From: Minisyncoccota bacterium
GTDB taxonomy: Bacteria > Patescibacteriota > Minisyncoccia > Phycocordibacterales > Phycocordibacteraceae
Assembly (NCBI GenBank): GCA_041658485.1
Contig: JBBAAE010000001.1
Span: 11,889 to 75,888, forward strand
Direction: 5' to 3'
Length of the DNA stretch: 64,000 nucleotides
Part shown: piece by piece, positions 49,365 through 58,626 of the stretch
Position numbering within the stretch: the stretch's first letter is position 1
How the letters are laid out: every line of letters begins with the position of its first letter
Translations under genes and position numbers: made by a program
Notes under the pieces: model-generated
Databases searched by the model: none
The model's input: the letters and a program-made list of their open reading frames with translations, nothing else
What the model was told of the DNA's origin: nothing

Positions 49365-49784
49365 TCAAATGCCTCTATCCATTGCTTCGTTTGCAAGAGC
49401 GTCCGCTTCACTATTTTCTTCGCGCGGTATGTGCATAAATTTTATTTGAGGAAATGATTCAGCAATGAGTACACGCACTTTTGTGTGCTGTTCTTTAAGT
49501 ACTGGATGCTTCACTTTGTATTCGCCTTTCATCTGTCGAACAATTAATTCTGAATCCATTCTCACAATCACCTCGTGCGGTACCGGCGTTCCAAACGAAT
49601 CAACCGTTGCTCTAAGTGCCAAAATGAGTGCTTCATACTCTGCCCAATTATTAGTACGCACGCCTAAGAATGCTGAGATGCTCGCCGCATTCTTCCCTTT
49701 CAAATCTTTTACGACAGCACCAGCGCCCGACGGTCCGGGATTTCCTCGCGAACCTCCATCGGTATAAATAATCACATGTGACAT
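49365..49784 (-). CDS. rnhA: Ribonuclease HI (type 1, archaeal/Ty1-like)
   Basis: TDGGSRGNPG, TNNWAEY, DSEL, READALAN-like motif. Confidence 0.92.
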   Translation of the reverse strand: MSHVIIYTDGGSRGNPGPSGAGAVVKDLKGKNAASISAFLGVRTNNWAEYEALILALRATVDSFGTPVPHEVIVRMDSELIVRQMKGEYKVKHPVLKEQHTKVRVLIAESFPQIKFMHIPREENSEADALANEAMDRGI

Positions 49785-49975
49785 TGGGGCATTGTATCGC
49801 ACAGTTTAATGTATCCGCACTAAACACACTTTAGTATTTTGCAAAAAACTAAAGTGTACAAATGTGGAGATTGAGAGTGTCTGTATACTACTTTGACAAA
49901 ATAATATATTTAAAGCATAATCATGACTCTGGAATTTTGAAATAACTTCTAATTTGTAATAAAAATTTAATTTAT

Positions 49976-50173
49976 ATGCCATTTGGTGCATTCGAAGTAT
50001 TGAGAGCAGGTTCTCGCCCATCTAGAAAAGAACGACCTAGATGCAAAATCTGTACAGGGAAGAAAATGATAGGCTACTGGAAAATTGAAACAGTTGGTAG
50101 ATTTAAGGTGCGACAAAAAAGATGGGCGTATAAAAAATGTAGTGCCTGTGGTGGGAGTGGGAGAAAAAATTGA
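49976..50173 (+). CDS. 65-aa basic DnaJ-type Zn-finger microprotein
   Basis: CKICTGKK ... CSACGGSG. Confidence 0.7.
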   Translation: MPFGAFEVLRAGSRPSRKERPRCKICTGKKMIGYWKIETVGRFKVRQKRWAYKKCSACGGSGRKN

Positions 50174-50186
50174 TTGCCGTGCACCT

Positions 50187-50909
50187 CTAGAGAGGAACTT
50201 CGATGATGAGCACCTTGGCTGAGATAGACGAGGTAATCGTCATCTCATCTGTGCCTGAAACTGCCATAGCGTCGCGTGAATGTAGAATCTCTCCATCGAG
50301 AGTAACTTTCCCTTCAACCACAAACAGATACACACCATTACCTTTCTCTTTCAAGTTGTACGTACAAGGAATATTTTTATCTAACACTGCATACGAAATA
50401 TATGCGTCCTGATTAATGGGTAAACCACTACCCACTCCAATAGGTGCAACAAGCAGTGTCAATCCATTCTTTACTTCAGCAAGATTGAAAGAGCTTTGAG
50501 CGTAGTGAGGCTCAATACCAAATTCTTTTGGCTGTATCCATATTTGAAATAAAGAAAGAGCTTCTTCTTTCGAGTCATTATATTCGGAGTGCGTAACGCC
50601 AGTTCCGGCGGACATAACCTGCACGTCGCCCGCAGGAACTATCCCGATGTTTCCCATACTGTCTTTATGGGTCACAGTGCCATAAGTCACAATGGTGATT
50701 ATTTCCATATCTTGATGATGATGCATACCAAAACCGGAGCTTGCTGAAATCACGTCGTCGTTAATGACTCGAAGTGCACCAAAACCCATACGTGTTGGCT
50801 CATGCCAATCTGCAAAACTAAAACTGTAGCGAGTAGTGAGCCACCCATACTCCCCTCTCCCCCTATCACCACTTCGATCTATCACTTTTTTCATACTCAA
50901 AATCTTCAC
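50187..50909 (-). CDS. Pirin family protein (YhhW-like)
   Basis: FGMHHHQDMEI, HKDSMGN, MSAGTGVTHSE, QIWI. Confidence 0.93.
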   Translation of the reverse strand: MKILSMKKVIDRSGDRGRGEYGWLTTRYSFSFADWHEPTRMGFGALRVINDDVISASSGFGMHHHQDMEIITIVTYGTVTHKDSMGNIGIVPAGDVQVMSAGTGVTHSEYNDSKEEALSLFQIWIQPKEFGIEPHYAQSSFNLAEVKNGLTLLVAPIGVGSGLPINQDAYISYAVLDKNIPCTYNLKEKGNGVYLFVVEGKVTLDGEILHSRDAMAVSGTDEMTITSSISAKVLIIEVPL

Positions 50910-52570
50910 GCTGTAACAATATTCTCTATCCGTAATCGCAACTCCTTCCTACCTGCGAAATAGGATCGTTCCACAGAGGCTTCAATGGTGCAGACATCAC
51001 CAACTGAAAGAAGTCCAAGTTTCTCCTTAAATAGAGAGCGTGGAACGAAAAAGACTATTGCATCCGCCTTGCGCCCCGAATCATCAGCGAGGGTAAGCCG
51101 GAGGTGATCCTTTGCTTTACCAAAATAATTAATGCCAGCAATTGAAACATTGTGGAATCTAAAAAATGGCTTGGGATTCTCCATTCCGAAAGGACCAAGG
51201 GAACGGAGTGCATCGAACGCAACATCATTTACTTCGGCAAGGGTGAGCGAGCTTTCAACCATTCCTTTATTCCTGCCACCCGAATCTATCTCCCCACCTC
51301 CTTTTGTTGTAATCAACTCGAGCGCTTGTTGAAGCTTTAATGGTAGGTCGTGAATTTTTTCAGGCGAGACAGAAAAACCACCCGCAAGCTCATGTCCGCC
51401 AAAATCCAAAAACGCATCTTTAGCCTCCACCATTAACGAAACAATATTCACGGTGCCATTTGACCGGCATGAGCCTTTTATCAAACCGCCATCCATTCCC
51501 CACAAACACACGGTGCGTTGATATGTCTCAACAACACTTGTTGCAGCTATGCCTAAGAGGGACGGGCGCCACGATTGGCTCCCCATCACAATGACTGAGT
51601 CCGATGTAGGTGTCATTTCCATGCGCTTCTTTACATCCTTCGCAACACGCATGCCTTCAATTTTTCGCTCTTGGTTTAATTGCACTAACTCTTTCGCAAT
51701 CTCGCGTGCCCGCGTCTCTGATTCAGTAGTCAATAACTCGAAAGAAAGTTTAGGGCTTTTCATGCGCGATGCTGCATTTATTTTTGGTGCAATTGAAAAA
51801 GCTATGTCATCTTCTGCAACAGTCATAAGCGGAATGCGCTCAGCTTCAAGTAATGCTTTGAGCCCGGGACGCCTACCTTTACGAAGTACCGTGAGTCCAA
51901 ATTTTACGAGCGTTCTATTCTCTCCAGTTAGTGGGACCATGTCGGCAACTGTTGCAACAGCCACTAAATCTAAAAGCCATTTCTCCGAGCCTTCCGGAAT
52001 ATCAAACGAACCTTTTTGAATAAGTGCCTCTACTAACTTAAATGCAACACCCGTGCCACACAGCCCCTTGAATGGATACACATCATTCGACTGGTGCGCA
52101 TTGATGACTGCGAGAGCCGGAGGAAGTGTAGCTTGAGGAAGATGGTGATCAGTAATAATTGTTTCAATGCCGAGAGTGCTTGCATGTGCCACCTCTACAA
52201 CATCAGTGATTCCACAATCAACAGTAACAATGAGCGAGACACCTTTTTCTTTCAGAGAATCAATACCAGAAATATTCAAACCATACCCTTCGCTTCGCTC
52301 GGGCACATAGGTTTCCACTTCATATCCAATACGACGAAAAAAATCAAAGAGGAGTGCGCCCCCAGGAATACCATCACAATCATAGTCGTGCCATACGCAA
52401 ATCTTTTCTTTCTTTTTTATAGCCTCAAGAATGCGAGCTACCGCCGTCTCCATTCCCTTCAAAAGAAACGGGTCGTGACGTGCGTCGTAGAGAGGATTCA
52501 AGAACAATTCTTTATCTGTAATTTTCCTATTCTCCAATATTCGCTCTACAAGAGGGTGCAGGATACTCAT
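50906..52570 (-). CDS. recJ: Single-stranded-DNA exonuclease RecJ
   Basis: DYDCDG, TVDCG, TDHH, GGHELAGG. Confidence 0.95.
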   Translation of the reverse strand: MSILHPLVERILENRKITDKELFLNPLYDARHDPFLLKGMETAVARILEAIKKKEKICVWHDYDCDGIPGGALLFDFFRRIGYEVETYVPERSEGYGLNISGIDSLKEKGVSLIVTVDCGITDVVEVAHASTLGIETIITDHHLPQATLPPALAVINAHQSNDVYPFKGLCGTGVAFKLVEALIQKGSFDIPEGSEKWLLDLVAVATVADMVPLTGENRTLVKFGLTVLRKGRRPGLKALLEAERIPLMTVAEDDIAFSIAPKINAASRMKSPKLSFELLTTESETRAREIAKELVQLNQERKIEGMRVAKDVKKRMEMTPTSDSVIVMGSQSWRPSLLGIAATSVVETYQRTVCLWGMDGGLIKGSCRSNGTVNIVSLMVEAKDAFLDFGGHELAGGFSVSPEKIHDLPLKLQQALELITTKGGGEIDSGGRNKGMVESSLTLAEVNDVAFDALRSLGPFGMENPKPFFRFHNVSIAGINYFGKAKDHLRLTLADDSGRKADAIVFFVPRSLFKEKLGLLSVGDVCTIEASVERSYFAGRKELRLRIENIVTA

Positions 52571-52600
52571 TACAAGCTATGGTAGCATTTTGGAAAGAAA

Positions 52601-52680
52601 GCTTTCAGGTTCCAGGTGTCAGCTTTCAGCTTTGAATTAAAAGAAGCTGGAACCTAAAAGCTGGCAGCTAACAACTAACT
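52601..52680. repeat. Inverted pair of 7-bp arrays (AGCT type) in the recJ/HIT divergent spacer
   Basis: gctttcaggttccaggtgtcagctttcagc ... agctggaacctaaaagctggcagctaacaacta. Confidence 0.8.
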
Positions 52681-52681
52681 T

Positions 52682-53092
52682 ATGAACGATGATCTTTTCT
52701 TGAAAATTGCACGGCGAGAAATACCAGCAGAAATAGTCTACGAGGATGAAAAAACACTCGCGTTTTTAGACATCCGACCCAACAATCATGGACATACGCT
52801 CGTCATTCCTAAAGAACGGTACAGAAATATCTTAGACATACCAGAAGACCTCTGGCTCGCGGTAATGAAAACGGTACACTTACTCGCGCCAGTTATAAAA
52901 AAAGCGGTTGGAGCCGACGGCATTAACATTGCGATGAATAACGAACCCGCCGCACACCAGCTCGTCTTTCATGCACATGTGCACATCATTCCTCGCTTTG
53001 AGGGCGACCAGCACCAGCCATGGACTGGCACTCCTTATAAAGAAGGTGAAGCAAAAATGATCGCAGAAAAAATACGGGGTTCTTTGAGTTAA
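52682..53092 (+). CDS. HIT family hydrolase
   Basis: HAHVHIIPR, GHTLVIPK. N-terminus DDLFLKI lacks the usual CxxC. Confidence 0.93.
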   Translation: MNDDLFLKIARREIPAEIVYEDEKTLAFLDIRPNNHGHTLVIPKERYRNILDIPEDLWLAVMKTVHLLAPVIKKAVGADGINIAMNNEPAAHQLVFHAHVHIIPRFEGDQHQPWTGTPYKEGEAKMIAEKIRGSLS

Positions 53093-54207
53093 GTTTTTTT
53101 CTCAAGTGCATCTATCCCCGGCAACGTGCCATTTGCAAGAAAATCAAGCATCGCGCCACCTGCCGTTGAAACGAATGTAAATTTATCCATGAGTCCGAGA
53201 TTTTGAATCGAGGAGAGTGTGTCTCCCCCACCAACAATAGATTTTGCAGATGAGCTCGCAATAGCGATAGCAAGCGCATCGGTTCCTGCAGTGAATCCCT
53301 TTTCAAAATTTCCCATCGGTCCATTCCAAAGTATTGAGCGTGACGCAGTAATGATAGATTGAAGCGCTTGAATAGAAGCTGGGGCAATATCTAAAATAGC
53401 TTCGTCATGCCCAACTTCGCTCGCAAGAATATCTCGTCGCCCCTGTGGCCCTTCAACCGTGACAAACTCGGGGAGAATTATTTTTGGATTGCCGAGCATC
53501 GTGCCTGCGGTCGAAGCTCCTGACACCAGAGATACTCCCACTTCGTACCCTTTCGCTTTGAAAAAATCATTGGCAATAGCCCCGCCAACAAACACGGAGT
53601 CATATTTTTTAAGTAACGTCTCTATTAATGCAACCTTCGTGGTAAGTTTTGCACCACCAACTATTGCAAGCGATGGACTGATCGGTGTAAGTGCAGGAGT
53701 GAGGCCTCTAACTTCATCAAGAAATTGAAATCCTGCGTACGAAGGCAAAATATCGGGTATGCCAACAATGGATGCATGCGCGCGGTGGGATGCAGGAAAT
53801 GCATCATTTACATATATGTCAGCGAGCGACGCGAGCTCATGAGCAAAATGTGCATCATTTTTCTTTTCGTCTTCGCTCATGCGAATGTTTTGTAAGAGGA
53901 CCACTTCCCCATCCTGAATTGCCATCACAGCCTGATGCGCCTCTACTCCTGCTATGTCATTAACGAATGTAAGTGGTATTTTTTTCTTAAGATATTCATA
54001 CACTGGAACCAGCGATCCCCTACTGTCACTCAAATGACTCACGAGAATTACGCGTGCCTCTAAAGCAACGAGAAATTGAATAGATTTCAATGCTCTATCA
54101 ATACGAAATGGGTCAGTAATCGCACTGTTCACTATCGGAGCATTCAAATCCAAACGCAATAAGACACGCTTGCCTTTTATATCTTTCAGTTCATTAATTG
54201 AGCGCAT
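53089..54207 (-). CDS. pgk: Phosphoglycerate kinase
   Basis: RLDLNAP, NDAF..SHRAHAS, WNGPMG, STAGGA. Confidence 0.95.
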   Translation of the reverse strand: MRSINELKDIKGKRVLLRLDLNAPIVNSAITDPFRIDRALKSIQFLVALEARVILVSHLSDSRGSLVPVYEYLKKKIPLTFVNDIAGVEAHQAVMAIQDGEVVLLQNIRMSEDEKKNDAHFAHELASLADIYVNDAFPASHRAHASIVGIPDILPSYAGFQFLDEVRGLTPALTPISPSLAIVGGAKLTTKVALIETLLKKYDSVFVGGAIANDFFKAKGYEVGVSLVSGASTAGTMLGNPKIILPEFVTVEGPQGRRDILASEVGHDEAILDIAPASIQALQSIITASRSILWNGPMGNFEKGFTAGTDALAIAIASSSAKSIVGGGDTLSSIQNLGLMDKFTFVSTAGGAMLDFLANGTLPGIDALEKKT

Positions 54208-54217
54208 GAGGTGCTGG

Positions 54218-54970
54218 CTACTTTTGAAATGCGCGGATAATATTTGTAAATTCTTCAGCATTAACACTTGCACGCCCAGCAAGAAGTCCCTGTATACCAG
54301 GAGTCGTTGCAAACAATGCGGCACTTTCTGTATTGACCGACCCCCCATAGATGATGCGCACCTTAAGCGCGCGCTCTCGTCCCCACAGGTCGGCAATGGT
54401 TTTTCTGATGAACATTATTGCTTCTGCAACAACACGAGACGATGGAGCCTCCGTGGCGCCAATCGCCCAGAGAGGATCATACGCTATCGTAAATTTCGAA
54501 GCGTCTACTGCATTAATGCGTGCGAGCGAAGAGATTACATTGTTACTCAGGTAAGTTAGGTACGCACCTTCAGAGTCACGAGACGGTTCGCCAACACACA
54601 CAATGGGGTGCAATTTTGCCTTAATTGCCGTGACTGCTTTTTTTGCAACAACATCATCAGTATCTCCCTCTCGACGTCGCTCAGCATGCCCAATAATCAC
54701 ATATTTGATTCCTGACGAGACGAGAGCCTTCGGGGAGGTTTGCCCGGTATGCGCTCCGTCTTCTTCAAAAAATACATCTTGCGTACCAAAAGCTATTCGC
54801 TTTCCTCCGTAGCTACTTTTCAAAAGTGATGCGAGCGACACCTGAGGACAAAGAACCACTTCTACCTTCAATCCACGAGGCAACTTCTTATCAATGTCAC
54901 GGATGAGCTTTTTCCCTTCAGCGGGAGTGTTTATATAGAGTTTCCAATTTCCTACAATGAGTTTCTTCAT
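54218..54970 (-). CDS. tpiA: Triosephosphate isomerase with the catalytic Glu replaced by Asp
   Basis: GNWK, GHAERR, AYDPLWAIG, YGGSV. Confidence 0.93.
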   Translation of the reverse strand: MKKLIVGNWKLYINTPAEGKKLIRDIDKKLPRGLKVEVVLCPQVSLASLLKSSYGGKRIAFGTQDVFFEEDGAHTGQTSPKALVSSGIKYVIIGHAERRREGDTDDVVAKKAVTAIKAKLHPIVCVGEPSRDSEGAYLTYLSNNVISSLARINAVDASKFTIAYDPLWAIGATEAPSSRVVAEAIMFIRKTIADLWGRERALKVRIIYGGSVNTESAALFATTPGIQGLLAGRASVNAEEFTNIIRAFQK

Positions 54971-54994
54971 CGAGAAATCGTAACACGATTGAGG

Positions 54995-55060
54995 AGGGTT
55001 TAGTGGTTAGCGTTTAGGGGTTAGTTTTCTCTAAACACTGCCCACTAAACGCTAAACCCT
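54995..55060. repeat. Inverted pair of 7-bp arrays (TTTAGGG/CCCTAAA type)
   Basis: agggtttagtggttagcgtttaggggttag ... ctaaacactgcccactaaacgctaaaccct. Confidence 0.85.
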
Positions 55061-55064
55061 TTTG

Positions 55065-56315
55065 CTAGTCCTGCGTACGCCAATCAATAATACGAAATCC
55101 ACTTCCTGTTGCAGGGGTAAATGGTGGCGGTAGTTGCGCTAAAAGTGCATCGTGGACATCTGTCCGAGTACTATAGCCCGAGATAAATGCACCAGACGAT
55201 GTCCATTTTGTTTCAACGGTACTAGGCGATGCAAATGTACCGAAAGTATTTAGTGTGGAACGAAGTACATATGATTGCAGGTCAGTAGGAACAGCATGCG
55301 TACCCGAGGCATCATACCGATGTCGCCCAAAGTGGCCAGTGCTTGCGACAAAAACACCATTCATCTGTAACACATCGGGTGATTGGAGTGAAATCAACAC
55401 TGATCGCTCAGCAATTGCGGTTAACCCATCGTCATATGCGTGCGCATAGGTAATGTTTCCCGTGATAACAATGTCGGGATTAATGCTCGTGCTCGCTACA
55501 TTTGCCCCAGCAAACGTAACCTTTCCAGATACGATCCCCTCAAGCCAAACAGAATCTTCTACAAACACAACAGGACACCCTGATGGTATGGCGTAATTTG
55601 TGGTGGCGCCAATTGAAGCAATTATTGTGTTTTCTTCCTCCCAACCTTCATCATCTGAATATCCCATTATCTCAGTAACTGCGGTAACAGGACTTGCATC
55701 GAATGTTCCGTTCGACTTGAAAACAATTTTATAACCATACGCATCCACAGGCGATGGATCAATATATACACCAGACGCTTGCGCATATGTTTTTAAGTTT
55801 GTGAGGGTGGCCGTAACAACTGCGGAATCAGTCTTTGCTGGACTCGTTGATGCCGCAAGTGTCGGTGTTCCATACTGAGCAATAAGTGTTTTTGTGTGTG
55901 ATGCATTTTCCAGTGCCCATCCCGTTGAACGCACTGATGCGGATGTAAGTACTCCGCAAGAAGTTATACCTGAAATAGCGAGAGAAAAATTCCCGACAGT
56001 AGCTCCGCTTTCCGGATCAAGAATTGCATGTACATATGGCCCAGACAAACCCGTGCCGTCTTGTACATCAGTAGGAAACTCTGAGAAGTGCCACCGATAG
56101 TACTCAAGCCCTGCTTCAGAAATACTTAGTGCTTTGTCGGCCTCAGATCCAAAACGCTCTTTAGTTCTCTCGAGTGTCAACGCACTCATAAAATCAGAGA
56201 GAAGAAAAAAGAAAACAGCGGAAGCAATAAGTACAAAAACAGTCATAAACCCCCGTGCACTTCTTATGCTCCCCCCTAAACTCTCCCCCCTAAACGCTAA
56301 ACCCTGTTCATTCAT
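55065..56315 (-). CDS. PilX-like minor pilin with a large C-terminal domain
   Basis: RG|FMTVF hydrophobic helix; SEAGLEY (PilX-like AEAG); lies in the pilus cluster. Confidence 0.75.
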   Translation of the reverse strand: MNEQGLAFRGESLGGSIRSARGFMTVFVLIASAVFFFLLSDFMSALTLERTKERFGSEADKALSISEAGLEYYRWHFSEFPTDVQDGTGLSGPYVHAILDPESGATVGNFSLAISGITSCGVLTSASVRSTGWALENASHTKTLIAQYGTPTLAASTSPAKTDSAVVTATLTNLKTYAQASGVYIDPSPVDAYGYKIVFKSNGTFDASPVTAVTEIMGYSDDEGWEEENTIIASIGATTNYAIPSGCPVVFVEDSVWLEGIVSGKVTFAGANVASTSINPDIVITGNITYAHAYDDGLTAIAERSVLISLQSPDVLQMNGVFVASTGHFGRHRYDASGTHAVPTDLQSYVLRSTLNTFGTFASPSTVETKWTSSGAFISGYSTRTDVHDALLAQLPPPFTPATGSGFRIIDWRTQD

Positions 56316-56908
56316 AATGCTTTGAGATTACGAAGTGTGGTGGTAGCGGTGAGTATGAACGGGGTGGTCATTCCAGGAGCGAGCACATCAATAGAAACCA
56401 GTACGGATGCGACATCCTTTACTCGGTTCATGTCAGAAACTTCAATGCCGTTCCGATCGTAATAGCGAAAAAGTGAAATGGAGTTAGCGCTGTTGTTCAT
56501 ATACGTTGCCAAGGATTCGCTCACTGGCATACCACTGTATGTTGGCGGAGTACCTGCACTCACTTGGCTCCGAGAAAGTGTAGTCCCATTAATTTGATAC
56601 TGAAATCGCGTCGCTCCAATGCTGTTTGGAGTATTACTAAAAAAAGTTAACGAATATGCGGACATAGAAACAATTGGGTACGAACCATCATTGCCATACG
56701 CAATACTACGCATATCTGTCATTAGTGTAGTAAGCGCCGACCGAGCACTACTTATTTGAGTTAGGGCGCGAGTCCCTGTGTTATTTGTTTTGTAGAGCGC
56801 TAATACCGAATTTGATGCACTCATCATGATCAACGAAACAACCGCAAGAGTCACCAAAACTTCTATCAAACTCATTGCTCGCGCTGTATTATTTTTATGG
56901 TGCAACAT
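56312..56908 (-). CDS. Prepilin-type minor pilin (PilW-like)
   Basis: RA|MSLIEVLV methylation motif; C-terminal TLRN. Confidence 0.8.
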   Translation of the reverse strand: MLHHKNNTARAMSLIEVLVTLAVVSLIMMSASNSVLALYKTNNTGTRALTQISSARSALTTLMTDMRSIAYGNDGSYPIVSMSAYSLTFFSNTPNSIGATRFQYQINGTTLSRSQVSAGTPPTYSGMPVSESLATYMNNSANSISLFRYYDRNGIEVSDMNRVKDVASVLVSIDVLAPGMTTPFILTATTTLRNLKAL

Positions 56909-57347
56909 AGGTAACTGCAGACATACTGTGTGAAAATCCGCGTATATTCCAACTTGCCTCAACTTTCACTACCTTATAATCATTCCCACCTACGCCATTC
57001 GCTCCATCATCCTTATATGTCACAACCGTTCGAAGTGTGTACGGAATATTATTAATAAGTCGTGATTCAGTAGATACTAAAATTCCTGAAGGAGTACCAC
57101 TAACAGTCCCAACGCTCGCATACGGAAGTCCTCTCACATACTCGACAGTACTCGCAATAAGCGCACTCGCATTTGTGCGCGACGCAATACTTTGCACTAA
57201 TGTAGCGGATGCCGCATATGCACCAAAAAAGCCTAAAAAGATTACGAGCATAAGGGAGACGGCAACAATCACTTCAATGAGTGTCATTCCCCGAGAAGTT
57301 TTCTCCCGTCTTTCCGCACACCTGACACCTGACACCTGACACCTCAT
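56895..57347 (-). CDS. Prepilin-type minor pilin (PilV-like)
   Basis: RG|MTLIEVIV. Confidence 0.8.
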   Translation of the reverse strand: MRCQVSGVRCAERREKTSRGMTLIEVIVAVSLMLVIFLGFFGAYAASATLVQSIASRTNASALIASTVEYVRGLPYASVGTVSGTPSGILVSTESRLINNIPYTLRTVVTYKDDGANGVGGNDYKVVKVEASWNIRGFSHSMSAVTYVAP

Positions 57348-58562
57348 TTAAATATGACTCGACAGCGAGTAGATAGGAGCAATCATCGAAATCGCAAAAA
57401 ATCCAACCATAGCGCCGATGATAACCATGAGAAATGGCTCAATAACCGTAGAGAGATCTTTTGTTTTTCGCTCAACTGATTCTTCATAAAATTCAGCGGT
57501 TTCCTTAAGGAGACTTGAGAGACGTCCTGTTTCTTCACCAACAGCAACAATTTCAGCAACTAACGGAGGGAAAAGAATAGGGTGTTTTGCAAGAGAGAGC
57601 GAAAGCGGTGAGCCCTCAGTAAGACTTTTCTCGGCTTCAGTAAGAACCTTTTTATACTGACTATTCTCGAGCACATCATGGGTAATTTTGACCGACAAAA
57701 CCATATCGACTCCCGACGAAAACAATGAAGCAAGTGTGCGAGTAGTCCTCGCAACATTCACTTCAACGATCAGTCCACCGATGATAGGAACTTTTAGCAT
57801 AAACCAGTCTAGAAAAATCTTACCCTTTGCTGATCGAATTGCTGAAAGTGATACAAATATAAAAACCACCAATAACACCAGCGCAAGCAGTGTATTGTGA
57901 ATTAAAAAATCACTTGCATTAATGATGAATTGCGTTGTTGGAGGAAGAGCTGCATGTAATTCTTTAAAAGTCCCTGACAGTGTCGGAACGACGTACAGCA
58001 ACATCAATATGCCAATACATACCATTGCACTCAAAACAATGCTCGGATAGATAAGTGCACTTTTGACTTTTTTCTGCAAATTAGAAGCTCGCTCCATTTG
58101 AATAGACGAGACTCGAAGCGACTCAGTCAACTTTCCTGACTCTTCTCCAGCACGCACCATAGAAACCAAGAGCGATGCAAAGACCTTAGGAAATGCAGAA
58201 AGAGCGGTTGAGAACGTCTCGCCCTTTTTTACGCTGGTAATTATTTCAATCAAAATTTCCTGCAAGTGAACATTTCGTGTTTGTCTTTTGGCTATCTCAA
58301 GTGAACGAGAAATAGTTAAGCCCGCATCAAGCATGGTGGCAAGATTACGCACCAGCAGTACCTTTTCATCAAGAGAAATAGTGTGAAAAAATTCTAAAAT
58401 GAAATCGAGGGAAAATAAGTTGTCCGCACGTACTTCTTTGAGCTCCAGCACTCGGTCACCTCGGTCACGTATATCGTGATGAACCGCAAAACGATCATTC
58501 CCATCAATGATGTCGGAATACGTTTCGCCAGTCTGAGTGATTGCAGTAACTTTAAATTTCAC
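57348..58562 (-). CDS. pilC: Type IV pilus platform protein PilC/GspF
   Basis: AGEESGKL, ALIYP, VGEETG, IEP. Confidence 0.93.
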   Translation of the reverse strand: MKFKVTAITQTGETYSDIIDGNDRFAVHHDIRDRGDRVLELKEVRADNLFSLDFILEFFHTISLDEKVLLVRNLATMLDAGLTISRSLEIAKRQTRNVHLQEILIEIITSVKKGETFSTALSAFPKVFASLLVSMVRAGEESGKLTESLRVSSIQMERASNLQKKVKSALIYPSIVLSAMVCIGILMLLYVVPTLSGTFKELHAALPPTTQFIINASDFLIHNTLLALVLLVVFIFVSLSAIRSAKGKIFLDWFMLKVPIIGGLIVEVNVARTTRTLASLFSSGVDMVLSVKITHDVLENSQYKKVLTEAEKSLTEGSPLSLSLAKHPILFPPLVAEIVAVGEETGRLSSLLKETAEFYEESVERKTKDLSTVIEPFLMVIIGAMVGFFAISMIAPIYSLSSHI

Positions 58563-58626
58563 TTTTTCAGTATAACGTCAAAAAATAATTCCTAGCGTGC
58601 TAATTGGTACACCATGTGTACCTAAG

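Noticed and set aside
49806-50021. 71-aa minus-strand ORF in the AT-rich spacer
   Set aside because: Composition looks non-coding and it overlaps the better-supported plus-strand Zn-finger ORF.
53089-54396. N-terminally extended Pgk or a Tpi-Pgk fusion
   Set aside because: The extension overlaps tpiA in another frame; tpiA has its own stop and Pgk homology starts at ATG 54207.
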